Origin: an uncultured Erysipelotrichaceae bacterium
Lineage (GTDB): Bacteria; Bacillota_I; Bacilli_A; RFN20; CAG-826
Assembly (NCBI GenBank): GCA_902797855.1
Contig: CADBUI010000001.1
Coordinates: 10,852 to 74,851, forward strand
DNA length: 64,000 bases
Reading direction: 5' to 3'
In this document: positions 17,231 to 27,500 of the stretch, piece after piece
How the letters are laid out: each line of letters begins with the position of its first letter
How positions within the stretch are numbered: the stretch's first letter is position 1
Notes under the pieces: model-generated
Database searches by the model: none
The model's input: only the letters and a program-made list of their open reading frames with translations
Told to the model about the DNA's origin: nothing
Program-made: the position numbers and the translations under genes

Positions 17231-19027
17231 TTAATTTCCTCCTTTCCTAACTTGAGTGTTATAAACTTCTTGGTAAATCTTGTTGCTCTTTAAGAGTTCA
17301 GCGTGTGTACCAATTTGATTTATTTTACCGTTTTCCATAACGATAATTTTGTCAGCGTCTTCTATAGAAGAAATACGTTGAGCAATGACAATTTTAGTCG
17401 TATTTGGAATATCTTTTCTAAGAGATTCACGGATTAATTTATCTGTTTTTGTATCAACCGCGGATGTTGAGTCATCAAGAACTAGAATCTTTGGTTGCTT
17501 TAGTAACGCTCTAGCGATACAAAGTCTTTGTTTTTGTCCACCAGAAACATTGCTTCCACCTTGCTCAATATAGGTGTCATATTTCTTAGGGAATGTTTGA
17601 ACGAATTCGTCAGCCTGTGCAGTCTTAGCGGCTTTTAAAATTTCTTCATCAGTGGCGTGCAAATTACCCCATCTAAGGTTATCGGCAATTGTGCCACTAA
17701 ATAAGACATTCTTTTGAAGGACGACCGAGACAGCATCTCTTAAGGTAATTAGGTCATAGTCTTTAACATTATGACCACCGACAATGACATTACCTTCACT
17801 AACATCATATAGTCTTGAAATTAAGTTCACTAAGGATGTCTTTCCTGAACCTGTTGAACCAATGATTCCAACAAATTCGCCGGACTTGATAGTGATATTT
17901 AATCCTTCAAGCGCGTTCTTTTCAGCTTCTAAAGAATATTTAAAGCTAACGTGATCAAAATTAATTGAACCATCGCTTACTTCCATAATTGGATTTTCTG
18001 GATTAAGGATTGTTGGTTCTTCTTTTAAGACCTCGCTAATACGCTTAATAGCTTCAAGTGCCATAATAAGCATAACGAAGATCATTGAAACAAACATAAG
18101 TGACATTAAGATTTGTACACCATATGTTTGAAGTGCGGATAATTGTGGGATGGTTAATGGAGAATTATCTTGTCCAATCGCTCCAATGATTAAGTATGAA
18201 CCAATCGCACAGATTAAAACGTTAGAGGCATGAATTGCGAAGTTTAGAATTGGGTTTGTCCAAACAACAATTCTTTCTGCTTTAATAAATTCTTTTGCGA
18301 TGTTATCTGAAGCAGTTTTGAATTTCTCTTTTTCATATTCTTCACGTACGTAAGATTTAACAACTCTAATACCAGAAACGTTCTCTTCAACTGATTCATT
18401 CATCGCATCATAACGTTTGAAGACTCTTCTAAACGTTGGCATTGCAAGAATCATAATGATAATAAATCCAAGAGCGATTACAGGAATTAGTCCAATGAAT
18501 ATCCACGCCATTTGACCTCCTGCAACGAAAGCGAAGATAACAGAGAATATCATCATAAGTGGAGCTCTAACAACCATTCTAATTGTCATTTGGAAGGCCA
18601 TTTGAACAGTGGAGATATCTGTTGTCATACGTGTGACAAGAGATGAGGCAGAGAATTTATCAATATTTGAGAATGAAAAAGATTGAACTTTCTTATATAA
18701 GTCCATTCTTAAGTTCTTTGCCATGCCTGTGGAAGCGCGTGCAGCAAATATTCCACCTAAGATACCTGCTGCTAGTGAAAGGATTGCACCTCCCACCATT
18801 AAACATATAAATAGAATTAATTTATTAGTATCGATTGCCTCCGCTAAAGAAATACCATTAGCAAGCGCAATAGTATTTCCTTCATCTACTACTCCAAGGA
18901 GTCTAGACATAAATAAAGGCATCAAGCATTCAATCGCTGACTCGACAATCATAAAAATAGGAGTAAATATCGCGTATATTTTATATTCGCGAACGCTTTT
19001 AAGAATTAATGCAATATCTTTTTTCAT
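17231..19027 (-). CDS. ABC exporter permease/ATPase, degenerate-site half
   Basis: Walker A GSTGSGKTS, signature VSGGQKQR, Walker B ILVLDDSTS (Asp for Glu), switch IAQRISS. Confidence 0.9.
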   Translation of the reverse strand: MKKDIALILKSVREYKIYAIFTPIFMIVESAIECLMPLFMSRLLGVVDEGNTIALANGISLAEAIDTNKLILFICLMVGGAILSLAAGILGGIFAARASTGMAKNLRMDLYKKVQSFSFSNIDKFSASSLVTRMTTDISTVQMAFQMTIRMVVRAPLMMIFSVIFAFVAGGQMAWIFIGLIPVIALGFIIIMILAMPTFRRVFKRYDAMNESVEENVSGIRVVKSYVREEYEKEKFKTASDNIAKEFIKAERIVVWTNPILNFAIHASNVLICAIGSYLIIGAIGQDNSPLTIPQLSALQTYGVQILMSLMFVSMIFVMLIMALEAIKRISEVLKEEPTILNPENPIMEVSDGSINFDHVSFKYSLEAEKNALEGLNITIKSGEFVGIIGSTGSGKTSLVNLISRLYDVSEGNVIVGGHNVKDYDLITLRDAVSVVLQKNVLFSGTIADNLRWGNLHATDEEILKAAKTAQADEFVQTFPKKYDTYIEQGGSNVSGGQKQRLCIARALLKQPKILVLDDSTSAVDTKTDKLIRESLRKDIPNTTKIVIAQRISSIEDADKIIVMENGKINQIGTHAELLKSNKIYQEVYNTQVRKGGN

Positions 19028-19635
19028 CTTTGCTCCTTTCTAAGAAGCATATTCATTACAATCTTTGGATCAGGTGTAATAAATACTTCTTTATCCATAT
19101 TCATAGCTTTAGTAGCTAATCCTTGTAACATTGTTACAATCGCAATAGTGAACTCCTCGGGATTTCCATCATAGAATTCACCAGATTGTTGTCCTTTTTT
19201 AACTAGATTTAAGACAACATGCCAGATACGGTGCTCAACATCAGGATTAATTGGTTTAGGGATAACCTCATCTTGTAAGTGAAGATTAAGCACTAAGAAG
19301 ATGATGGCGGCCATATCAGGCTTTTTAATTTTTAATGAATCGAATAATTTCTTTAATAATTCGTGAAGACATTCACTAGGTTTCTTGGAATAGTCAACAG
19401 AATCAATTAATTCAATCATTATTGATCTGATATTCCGCATTACTTGTCTAAATACTTCTTCTTTAGATGGGAAGTAGTGATAGATGAGAGAATGAGCACA
19501 TCCACTCGCCTTAGCGATATCATCAATACTAACAGCTTTATATCCTTTGATAGCAAATAGCTTTAGTGAAGTATCAAGAATTTTATTCTTTCTTTTAAGT
19601 TTAATTTGTTCGAGTTGTTTACTTGTTCTAGGCAT
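19024..19635 (-). CDS. TetR/AcrR-family transcriptional regulator
   Basis: N-terminal HTH ILDTSLKLFAIKGYKAVSIDDIAKASGCAHSLIYHYFPSKEEVF. Overlaps the start of the downstream ABC gene by 4 nt. Confidence 0.85.
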   Translation of the reverse strand: MPRTSKQLEQIKLKRKNKILDTSLKLFAIKGYKAVSIDDIAKASGCAHSLIYHYFPSKEEVFRQVMRNIRSIMIELIDSVDYSKKPSECLHELLKKLFDSLKIKKPDMAAIIFLVLNLHLQDEVIPKPINPDVEHRIWHVVLNLVKKGQQSGEFYDGNPEEFTIAIVTMLQGLATKAMNMDKEVFITPDPKIVMNMLLRKEQR

Positions 19636-19644
19636 AATTTGATA

Positions 19645-19660
19645 TTGACTGATTAGTCAA
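19645..19660. promoter_or_regulatory. Candidate TetR operator: palindrome TTGACT-GATT-AGTCAA
   Basis: Perfect 6-bp arms separated by 4 nt, located 10 nt upstream of the tetR start codon in the tetR/fprA divergent region. Confidence 0.5.
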
Positions 19661-19759
19661 CGAATATGATATTCCTCAAGTTAATTTATTTCAATAGAAA
19701 ATATAATTTTCTTAATAAATAGTTTAAGTGTATAATGATATCGTTTAGGGAGAGTAAAT

Positions 19760-20914
19760 ATGAATAATGTAACAAAAGATATCTTCTATGTTGGTGTTAA
19801 TGACCACAAGATTGATTTATTTGAAGGTCAATATGAAGTTCCAAATGGCATGGCATATAACTCATATGTCATCGTCGATGAAAAAGTCGCTGTCATGGAT
19901 TCAGTTGATATTAATTTCCTTGATGAATGGATTAAAAACATCAAAGAAGTACTTGGAAATCGTAAACCAGACTATTTAGTTGTCCAGCACATGGAACCAG
20001 ATCATTCTGCGAATATAATGGAGTTCTTACGTGTTTTTCCAGATGCAACAGTAGTGGGGAACGCTCAAACATTTAAAATGATGTATCAATTCTTCCATAA
20101 AGAAGTTGAACATAAATTAGAAGTTAGTAATGGCCAAGTTTTAGATTTAGGAAAGCATAAACTCAACTTTGTTTTTGCTCCTATGGTTCACTGGCCAGAA
20201 GTTATGATGACTTACGACGCCACTGATAAAGTTTTATTCTCTGCTGATGGATTTGGTAAGTTCGGCGCACTCGATGTTGATGAAGATTGGGCATGTGAAG
20301 CTAGACGATATTATTTCGGTATCGTTGGAAAATACGGAATGCAAGTGCAAAACGTTTTAAGAAAAGCTGCAACACTTGATATTCAAACTATTTGTCCACT
20401 TCATGGACCAATACTAAAAGAAAATTTAGGTTATTATCTTCACTTATATGATGTTTGGTCATCTTATGGAGTGGAAGCTGAAGGTGTCTTCATTGCTTAT
20501 ACATCAGTTTATGGACACACAAAAGAGGCTGTGCTTTTATTAAAAGAAGAACTTGAAAAAGCAGGATGCAAAAAAGTTGCAATCGCTGACTTAGCAAGAG
20601 ACTCAATGAGTGAAGCTGTTGAAGATGCTTTTAAATATGGAAAAGTTGTTTTAGCAACCACAACATATAACCTTGAAATCTTCCCATTCATGTCCGACTT
20701 TATCACTCGTCTTGTTGAACATGCTTGGCAAAATAAGACTGTTGGTATTATCGAAAATGGTACTTGGGCACCTCAAGTTGAAAAGATTATCAAAGCAAAA
20801 CTTGCGAACGCTAAAAATATCACCTTTGTTGAACCAGTAGTGAAAATTGTTTCTGCATTAGATGAAAATAGTAAAGCTCAAGTAATTGCTTTAGCAAAAG
20901 AATTAGCGAAATAA
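19760..20914 (+). CDS. fprA: Flavodiiron protein (FprA, A-type flavoprotein)
   Basis: Metallo-beta-lactamase-like diiron motif HMEPDHSAN. C-terminal flavodoxin domain (IAYTSVYGHTKEA). SD GGGAGAG. Confidence 0.85.
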   Translation: MNNVTKDIFYVGVNDHKIDLFEGQYEVPNGMAYNSYVIVDEKVAVMDSVDINFLDEWIKNIKEVLGNRKPDYLVVQHMEPDHSANIMEFLRVFPDATVVGNAQTFKMMYQFFHKEVEHKLEVSNGQVLDLGKHKLNFVFAPMVHWPEVMMTYDATDKVLFSADGFGKFGALDVDEDWACEARRYYFGIVGKYGMQVQNVLRKAATLDIQTICPLHGPILKENLGYYLHLYDVWSSYGVEAEGVFIAYTSVYGHTKEAVLLLKEELEKAGCKKVAIADLARDSMSEAVEDAFKYGKVVLATTTYNLEIFPFMSDFITRLVEHAWQNKTVGIIENGTWAPQVEKIIKAKLANAKNITFVEPVVKIVSALDENSKAQVIALAKELAK

Positions 20915-21792
20915 TGAAAGCTCTAATCGTAATTAATGGTTATCAAGTTGCTTCTGGAGTCACTAATCAAGTTAGTAGACTTAAAGAAGAATTTTTAAAA
21001 CGCGATGTAGAAGTTGATGTAAAGAAAAATACTGATTTATATGCTTATATCAATAATGAAAATATCATCGTTAGCTTACCTTATTACGATTTAGTGGTCT
21101 ATCTTGATAAAGATAGATATATTGCTAGAATGCTTGAAAAAGCAGGCTATAAATTATTCAATTGCGTCAAAGCGATTGAATTATGTGATGATAAGATGCT
21201 CACTCACATCACTTTAGCAAATAATCATATTAAAATGCCTATAACTTTATCTTCACCATTATGCTTTCATGATGATGGAAATAGGTCTTTTATAAAAGAT
21301 GTTGAAAAGGTTTTATCTTATCCATTAATCGTTAAAGAAAACTATGGTTCACTAGGGAAGCAAGTTTATTTAATTTCTAACCATGATGAACTTGTGGATA
21401 TTTCTGAAAGACTAATTCACACGAATCATCTATATCAAGAATTTATATCTTCAAGTAAAGGTAAAGATTATCGCCTCATTGTTATAGGCCATAAGGTCAT
21501 TGCCTATATGAAAAGAGAAAATAAACATAGTTATTTATCTAATCTTGCTAGTGGGGGATCATCTTCAGTGGTTGAACTTCCTGATTCTTATTTAAAGATG
21601 GCGATAGATGCTAGTAACATCCTTGATTTAGATTATTGTGGAGTGGATATTCTTGAAGGTCCTAATAAAGAACCGATATTATCGGAAGTTAATTCCAACG
21701 CCTTCTTTGAAGGAATTGAAAAAACAACAAAAATAAACGTCGCAGGAGCTTACGTTGATTACCTAATTAATAAAGTTAACTCTCGTAAATGA
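20914..21792 (+). CDS. RimK-family ATP-grasp ligase
   Basis: ATP-grasp elements PLIVKENYGSLGKQVYLI, DYRLIVIG, SNLASGGS and EVNSNAFFEG. TAATG overlap with fprA. Confidence 0.75.
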   Translation: MKALIVINGYQVASGVTNQVSRLKEEFLKRDVEVDVKKNTDLYAYINNENIIVSLPYYDLVVYLDKDRYIARMLEKAGYKLFNCVKAIELCDDKMLTHITLANNHIKMPITLSSPLCFHDDGNRSFIKDVEKVLSYPLIVKENYGSLGKQVYLISNHDELVDISERLIHTNHLYQEFISSSKGKDYRLIVIGHKVIAYMKRENKHSYLSNLASGGSSSVVELPDSYLKMAIDASNILDLDYCGVDILEGPNKEPILSEVNSNAFFEGIEKTTKINVAGAYVDYLINKVNSRK

Positions 21793-21803
21793 GAGTTTTC
21801 TTT

Positions 21804-21832
21804 TTGATAATGAAATAGCAAAGTATTACAAT
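21804..21832 (+). promoter_or_regulatory. Candidate promoter (-35 TTGATA, 17-nt spacer, -10 TACAAT)
   Basis: TTGATA at 21804-21809 and TACAAT at 21827-21832. The ATG at 21842 is 9 nt downstream, with no SD. Confidence 0.45.
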
Positions 21833-21841
21833 ATCAGCAAT

Positions 21842-23026
21842 ATGAACAAAGCAAATAAAGAATATTTAGTTAAAAAATATCACGAAAGATTTGGAGAAGA
21901 TGCATCACATTATCTAGATTGTGGTGGTCGTTTTGAAATACTTGGAAATCACACCGATCATAACCATGGACTATGTATTGTTGGGACATGTGATTTATGT
22001 GTTGGTGCAGCCGTTAGCAAAAGACCAGATGATATTGTTTATATTGTCTCCGAAGGTCATAACGATATTTGTATTGATGTTAAATCCTTAACACTTGAAA
22101 AAGGAGAATATGGTTCATCTAGTGGAATTGTTAAAGGCGTGATCGATTATATTAGAAACGCTGGATATAAATTTGGTGGTTTTAATGCTTATATGTCTAG
22201 TGATATTGCGACTGGAATTGGTGTTTCTAGTTCCGCTGCATTTGAATTATTAATTGGTCAAATTGTTAATGTTTTATTTAATAAAGGCAATATTGATAAA
22301 CTTGTTTTAGCCAAAGCTGGACAACATGCTGAAAACAAGTATTTTGGTAAAAAGAGCGGACTTCTTGACCAAATTGGTGTTGCTTATGGTGAAGTTAACG
22401 TTGTGGATTTTGGCAATATCGATAAGCCAAATGTCATCCATGTTGATTTCCCATTCAAGGATTTACATTTCATCTTAATTGACACTGGTGGATCTCACTC
22501 TGAACTTTCAGATTATTATTCATCAATTCCTGAAAGTATGTTTGAAGTTGCTAAACATTTTGGAGCGAAAGTTCTAAGAGAAGTTAAGCAATCTGAATTC
22601 GATGCTGAAGTACTTGAAGAAAAAGAACATGGGCATCAACATTTCGATCCAGTTGACGAACATCGCGCAACACATTTCTTCTTAGAAAATAAGAGAGTTA
22701 TTGATGCGTTTAAAGCAATTAAGAATAACGATGAAGAAACATTCTTAAGAATGATTAATGAATCTCAACATTCTTCGCAAAATAATCTATTCAATACTCA
22801 AGTTGAAAACCAATATGCTGGTTCACCTCAAGAAGCTGTTGATTATGCTAATGCCCATATTGAAAATGGTGCTGTCAAAATTAATGGTGGTGGATTCGCT
22901 GGTTCGATCATTTGCTTTGTAAGAGATAACGAAGTCAAATCATTCGTTGAAAAAATGAAAAAGAGATTCGGTGAAGATAAAGTCATCGAACTCCATTTAA
23001 GAAAAGACGGACCATGTGTTCGCTAA
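21842..23026 (+). CDS. GHMP sugar kinase, galactokinase family
   Basis: GGRFEILGNHTDHNHG resembles the galactokinase signature (GRVNLIGEHTDY-like). GHMP motif GIGVSSSAAFE. No galT or galE nearby, so the substrate is uncertain. Confidence 0.75.
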   Translation: MNKANKEYLVKKYHERFGEDASHYLDCGGRFEILGNHTDHNHGLCIVGTCDLCVGAAVSKRPDDIVYIVSEGHNDICIDVKSLTLEKGEYGSSSGIVKGVIDYIRNAGYKFGGFNAYMSSDIATGIGVSSSAAFELLIGQIVNVLFNKGNIDKLVLAKAGQHAENKYFGKKSGLLDQIGVAYGEVNVVDFGNIDKPNVIHVDFPFKDLHFILIDTGGSHSELSDYYSSIPESMFEVAKHFGAKVLREVKQSEFDAEVLEEKEHGHQHFDPVDEHRATHFFLENKRVIDAFKAIKNNDEETFLRMINESQHSSQNNLFNTQVENQYAGSPQEAVDYANAHIENGAVKINGGGFAGSIICFVRDNEVKSFVEKMKKRFGEDKVIELHLRKDGPCVR

Positions 23027-23757
23027 TAATTAAGTTTATCGACAACATCTATGATGTTATCACGAATAACTAAACTAGCTCTACTATCTAGATAAGTAGG
23101 GCTTTTATTTATAATTACGATATTGTTTCCATTAAAGTAATCAGGAATTCCTGCAGCAGGATAAACAACTAAGGAAGAACCAATAACAATTAATAAATCC
23201 GCTCGTTGGGTGGCTTTAACTGAATTAACGATATCTTCCATGTTGATGCCTTCTTCAAATAAAACAACATCTGGTTTAATAATTCCTCCACAGCTATCGC
23301 AATGCGGTACTCCATCATGAGATAAAACATAATCAAGCGAGAATTTCTTTCCACAATTTAAACAAGTGTTTCTTTCCACGCTTCCATGGAATTCGATTAC
23401 AAAAGAAGAACCTGCTCTTGTATGAAGACCATCAATATTTTGAGTAATGATTGTGACGTTATGTTTATCTTCAAGTTTTTTAAGAAATAGATGAGCCTTG
23501 TTTGGCTTTGCATTTTTAAAGATCATTTGTTCTTTATAATATCGATAGAATTCATCTGTTTTTGCATTAAAAAATGAATGAGAGACTATTGTCTCATAAT
23601 CATATCCATATTTTTTAATTAAATCTTTGTTGTTGGCTGCTCCATTAGCGGATCTAATGTCAGGAATACCACTTGGAGTAGATATACCCGCGCCAGTAAT
23701 TACAACAATATTTTTAGATGAATCAATTAATTGTTTTAGCTTTTCAATATCACTCAT
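23023..23757 (-). CDS. cobB: Sir2-family NAD-dependent protein deacylase
   Basis: GAGISTPSGIPDIRS, QNIDGLH, zinc ribbon CLNCGKKF...CDSCGG, and GSSLVVYPAA. Confidence 0.9.
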   Translation of the reverse strand: MSDIEKLKQLIDSSKNIVVITGAGISTPSGIPDIRSANGAANNKDLIKKYGYDYETIVSHSFFNAKTDEFYRYYKEQMIFKNAKPNKAHLFLKKLEDKHNVTIITQNIDGLHTRAGSSFVIEFHGSVERNTCLNCGKKFSLDYVLSHDGVPHCDSCGGIIKPDVVLFEEGINMEDIVNSVKATQRADLLIVIGSSLVVYPAAGIPDYFNGNNIVIINKSPTYLDSRASLVIRDNIIDVVDKLNY

Positions 23758-24308
23758 TTTGAAACTTGTCCTTTTAGACCAACTAACACTCTTTCTCTTG
23801 CCTCTTTTCCAAGTAATTTTTCAATAATTGTAAGCGCGAAAGGAATCGAATACATCATTGATCTAGCGGTGATTATGTTTCCGTCTACTTCTACTTCGTT
23901 TCCTGTGAAATTTCCTATAACACCTTCGTTACATCCTGCAAAACAGGTGTAATTTTTATTAACAAGTAATCCATATTTTCCAAAGATGGAAGGCGCTGCG
24001 CAAATCGCGCATAAGAGTTTATTTTTATCGGCGAATTTCCTTACTGTTTCTTCAACTAGTTTTGATTCTTTCAGATTTTGGGTTCCTCTTCCTCCTCCAG
24101 GGAGAACAATAAAATCAAAATCATCAATACTATTTATTTCTTTTAATAATTTATCTGATAGAACATTAACACCAAAAGATGAGACTACTGTTTTTGTTTC
24201 ACTAATCGATGCACTAACCATTTCAATGCCAGAACGAATTAATACATCTCTAGTAGTAAGTGCTTCTGTATCTTCAAAACCATTTGCTAGTAAAATTAAT
24301 CCACGCAT
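23754..24308 (-). CDS. DJ-1/PfpI-family protein
   Basis: Nucleophile elbow LLCAICAAP and the typical length (184 aa). Its stop overlaps the Sir2 start (ATGA). Confidence 0.85.
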   Translation of the reverse strand: MRGLILLANGFEDTEALTTRDVLIRSGIEMVSASISETKTVVSSFGVNVLSDKLLKEINSIDDFDFIVLPGGGRGTQNLKESKLVEETVRKFADKNKLLCAICAAPSIFGKYGLLVNKNYTCFAGCNEGVIGNFTGNEVEVDGNIITARSMMYSIPFALTIIEKLLGKEARERVLVGLKGQVSK

Positions 24309-24370
24309 ATTTGTTACCTCATCTAGATTATAACACGCGAGTTTACTATAATAATCACGGAGTAAAAATT

Positions 24371-24964
24371 ATGAAATATTTACGTTATCTATTACCTTTA
24401 TCAATAATTGCTTTATTGGTTTCTTGCAATAATGAATCTAATCCAGGCGAAGGAGGAAACACTCCTGAACCTGCTCCTAGTCAAACTAGTGCAGAACTAT
24501 TAAAAAATTGGAATATCACTCCAGGAACTCACTTCGATAATGAAACCAATATTCAAAAAGCCTTAACGGTTTTTAATGAAGAATGCGCTGGACTTGTTAC
24601 ATCTTTTGAATCAGAAAATCTTAATTCAGGACCTAATGATGCTGATGGTAGTGATCAAAAACCATATAGACTCACTCTAGGTACTAGTAGTGCTTCAGGA
24701 ACTATTACATTCAACTTCTCAAAATCTATTAAAAAGATGACGGTAACTGCTTCTGGATACACTAAATATGGATATGCATCTAGCGAAACAAGTAAACTCA
24801 CAACTACATTAGGAATGGAAAATGATTCTAGAGTAGTTTCTCCAAATGATGATAGTCAGTTTGTTATAGAATCTACTGGCTCAGTAATTGCGAAATTTGA
24901 AACAAGTAACGTAGGTGCGACTGGTTATCGAGCGTTTATTAAAAGCATAGTTGTAGAGTGGTAA
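24371..24964 (+). CDS. Lipoprotein, function unknown
   Basis: I prefer the ATG at 24371 (MKYLRYLLPLSIIALLVSC, lipobox LVSC), preceded by GGAG. The ORF-track start at 24260 would add a non-signal leader overlapping the divergent gene. Confidence 0.65.
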   Translation: MKYLRYLLPLSIIALLVSCNNESNPGEGGNTPEPAPSQTSAELLKNWNITPGTHFDNETNIQKALTVFNEECAGLVTSFESENLNSGPNDADGSDQKPYRLTLGTSSASGTITFNFSKSIKKMTVTASGYTKYGYASSETSKLTTTLGMENDSRVVSPNDDSQFVIESTGSVIAKFETSNVGATGYRAFIKSIVVEW

Positions 24965-24970
24965 ATAAAT

Positions 24971-25003
24971 AAAAAAGTTCTAGCAACAAACTAGAACTTT
25001 TTA
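24971..25003. terminator. Bidirectional rho-independent terminator
   Basis: Stem AGTTCTAG / CTAGAACT with a 7-nt loop, an A-run on the left and a T-run on the right, between convergent genes. Confidence 0.7.
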
Positions 25004-25018
25004 AATTATCAAAGATAA

Positions 25019-26332
<1,314 letters not shown>

Positions 26333-26363
26333 TTATGTGAACATAAGAATTATACATTATTAA

Positions 26364-26395
26364 CAAAAAAAGTTAATAATTTTGTATATTAACTT
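26364..26395 (-). terminator. AT-rich rho-independent terminator after add
   Basis: On the minus strand: 9-bp stem AAGTTAATA / TATTAACTT with an 8-nt loop, followed by TTTTTT. Confidence 0.45.
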
Positions 26396-26410
26396 CTTTC
26401 GTAGTATCGA

Positions 26411-27409
26411 TTATTTCACTAATTTTAGTAATTCTTGCTTACTTTCTTTATCTAAGAATGCGGAATTAATTGAATTAATTGCAATTTGTTTTGCGTCTTC
26501 TTCATTTAGGCTCAATTTTTTAAGTAATGCGAATTCTTCGGGTAATGAAGTATCACTTACTATTGGGTCATCTGTGTTAACTGTGACAATGACACCTTTT
26601 TCAATAAAGTGTTTAATTGGGAAGTCAACAAGCTTTTCGACTGCTTTCGTATCTAGATTGCTTGTTGGACATAATTCCAAAGGAATCTTGTGATCGGCGA
26701 GATATTCCACAACTTCATCATCTTCCACTGAATGGACACCATGACCGATTCTTTGTGCACCCATTTTTAAAGCTGAGATTACTGAATCTGAACCAGCAGC
26801 TTCTCCAGCGTGAATTGTATATGGAATCTTTAGTGATTTGATTAGTTTAAATTCTTCTTCGAATAGTTCATTTGGGAAGATAGCTTCTGCACCCGCTAAA
26901 TCTAAAGCACAGACTCCATTATTTAAGAATTTTTGACCAACTTTGATAGTTTCAAGATTAGCTTCTTTATTATCTTTTCCTCTCATCAAGCAAAGAATGA
27001 GATTTGACTTAATTTTATATAACTTCTCGGCTTCTTTTAAAGTTTTAACAAGAGTTTCTACAACTTTTTCTTGGCTTAGGCCTTTAGATGTAGATAGTTG
27101 AGGAGCCATTCTAATTTCAGCATAAATTAATCCTTGTTTAGATAATCTTTCTAGAAGGTCCAAAGTAGCGGTTTTAAGACCATATTCTGTTTGTAAAACT
27201 AGATTAGGAATATCGAATCTTTTTAAATATTCATTAAGTGATTCGCAGTTTTTAGGAGCCGTTAAATATTGTTTAAGTTCTTTTGGATCATAAGTTGGTA
27301 ACTTTGTGCCTTCTTTTTTAGCAATTTTAATTATCGCTTCAGCAGAAAGCGCTCCATCAAGATGTAGATGAAGATCTACTAAGGCATATTTTGATAATTC
27401 GTTTTTCAT
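26411..27409 (-). CDS. add: Adenosine deaminase
   Basis: VDLHLHLDG, HAGEAAG and TVNTDDP motifs. I prefer the start at 27409 (MKNELSKYALVDLHLH), preceded by GAGGT, over the ORF-track start at 27469. Confidence 0.85.
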   Translation of the reverse strand: MKNELSKYALVDLHLHLDGALSAEAIIKIAKKEGTKLPTYDPKELKQYLTAPKNCESLNEYLKRFDIPNLVLQTEYGLKTATLDLLERLSKQGLIYAEIRMAPQLSTSKGLSQEKVVETLVKTLKEAEKLYKIKSNLILCLMRGKDNKEANLETIKVGQKFLNNGVCALDLAGAEAIFPNELFEEEFKLIKSLKIPYTIHAGEAAGSDSVISALKMGAQRIGHGVHSVEDDEVVEYLADHKIPLELCPTSNLDTKAVEKLVDFPIKHFIEKGVIVTVNTDDPIVSDTSLPEEFALLKKLSLNEEDAKQIAINSINSAFLDKESKQELLKLVK

Positions 27410-27500
27410 AAGCAAAACCTCGATAGTATTATAACTTTTTTTCAATATAATTGGAAAAATAGTAATCAACTGACTAGAATAATTGCTGGAGGAAAAGAAA

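Noticed and set aside
24260-24370. Over-extended N-termini in the ORF track (24260, 26411-27469, 35332, 35925, 38016, 41926, 43189, 47852, 53817, 55294, 55613)
   Set aside because: In each case an internal ATG sits immediately after the upstream stop or follows a good SD or -10 box. That ATG yields the conserved family N-terminus or a signal peptide. The longer versions overlap upstream genes or terminators.
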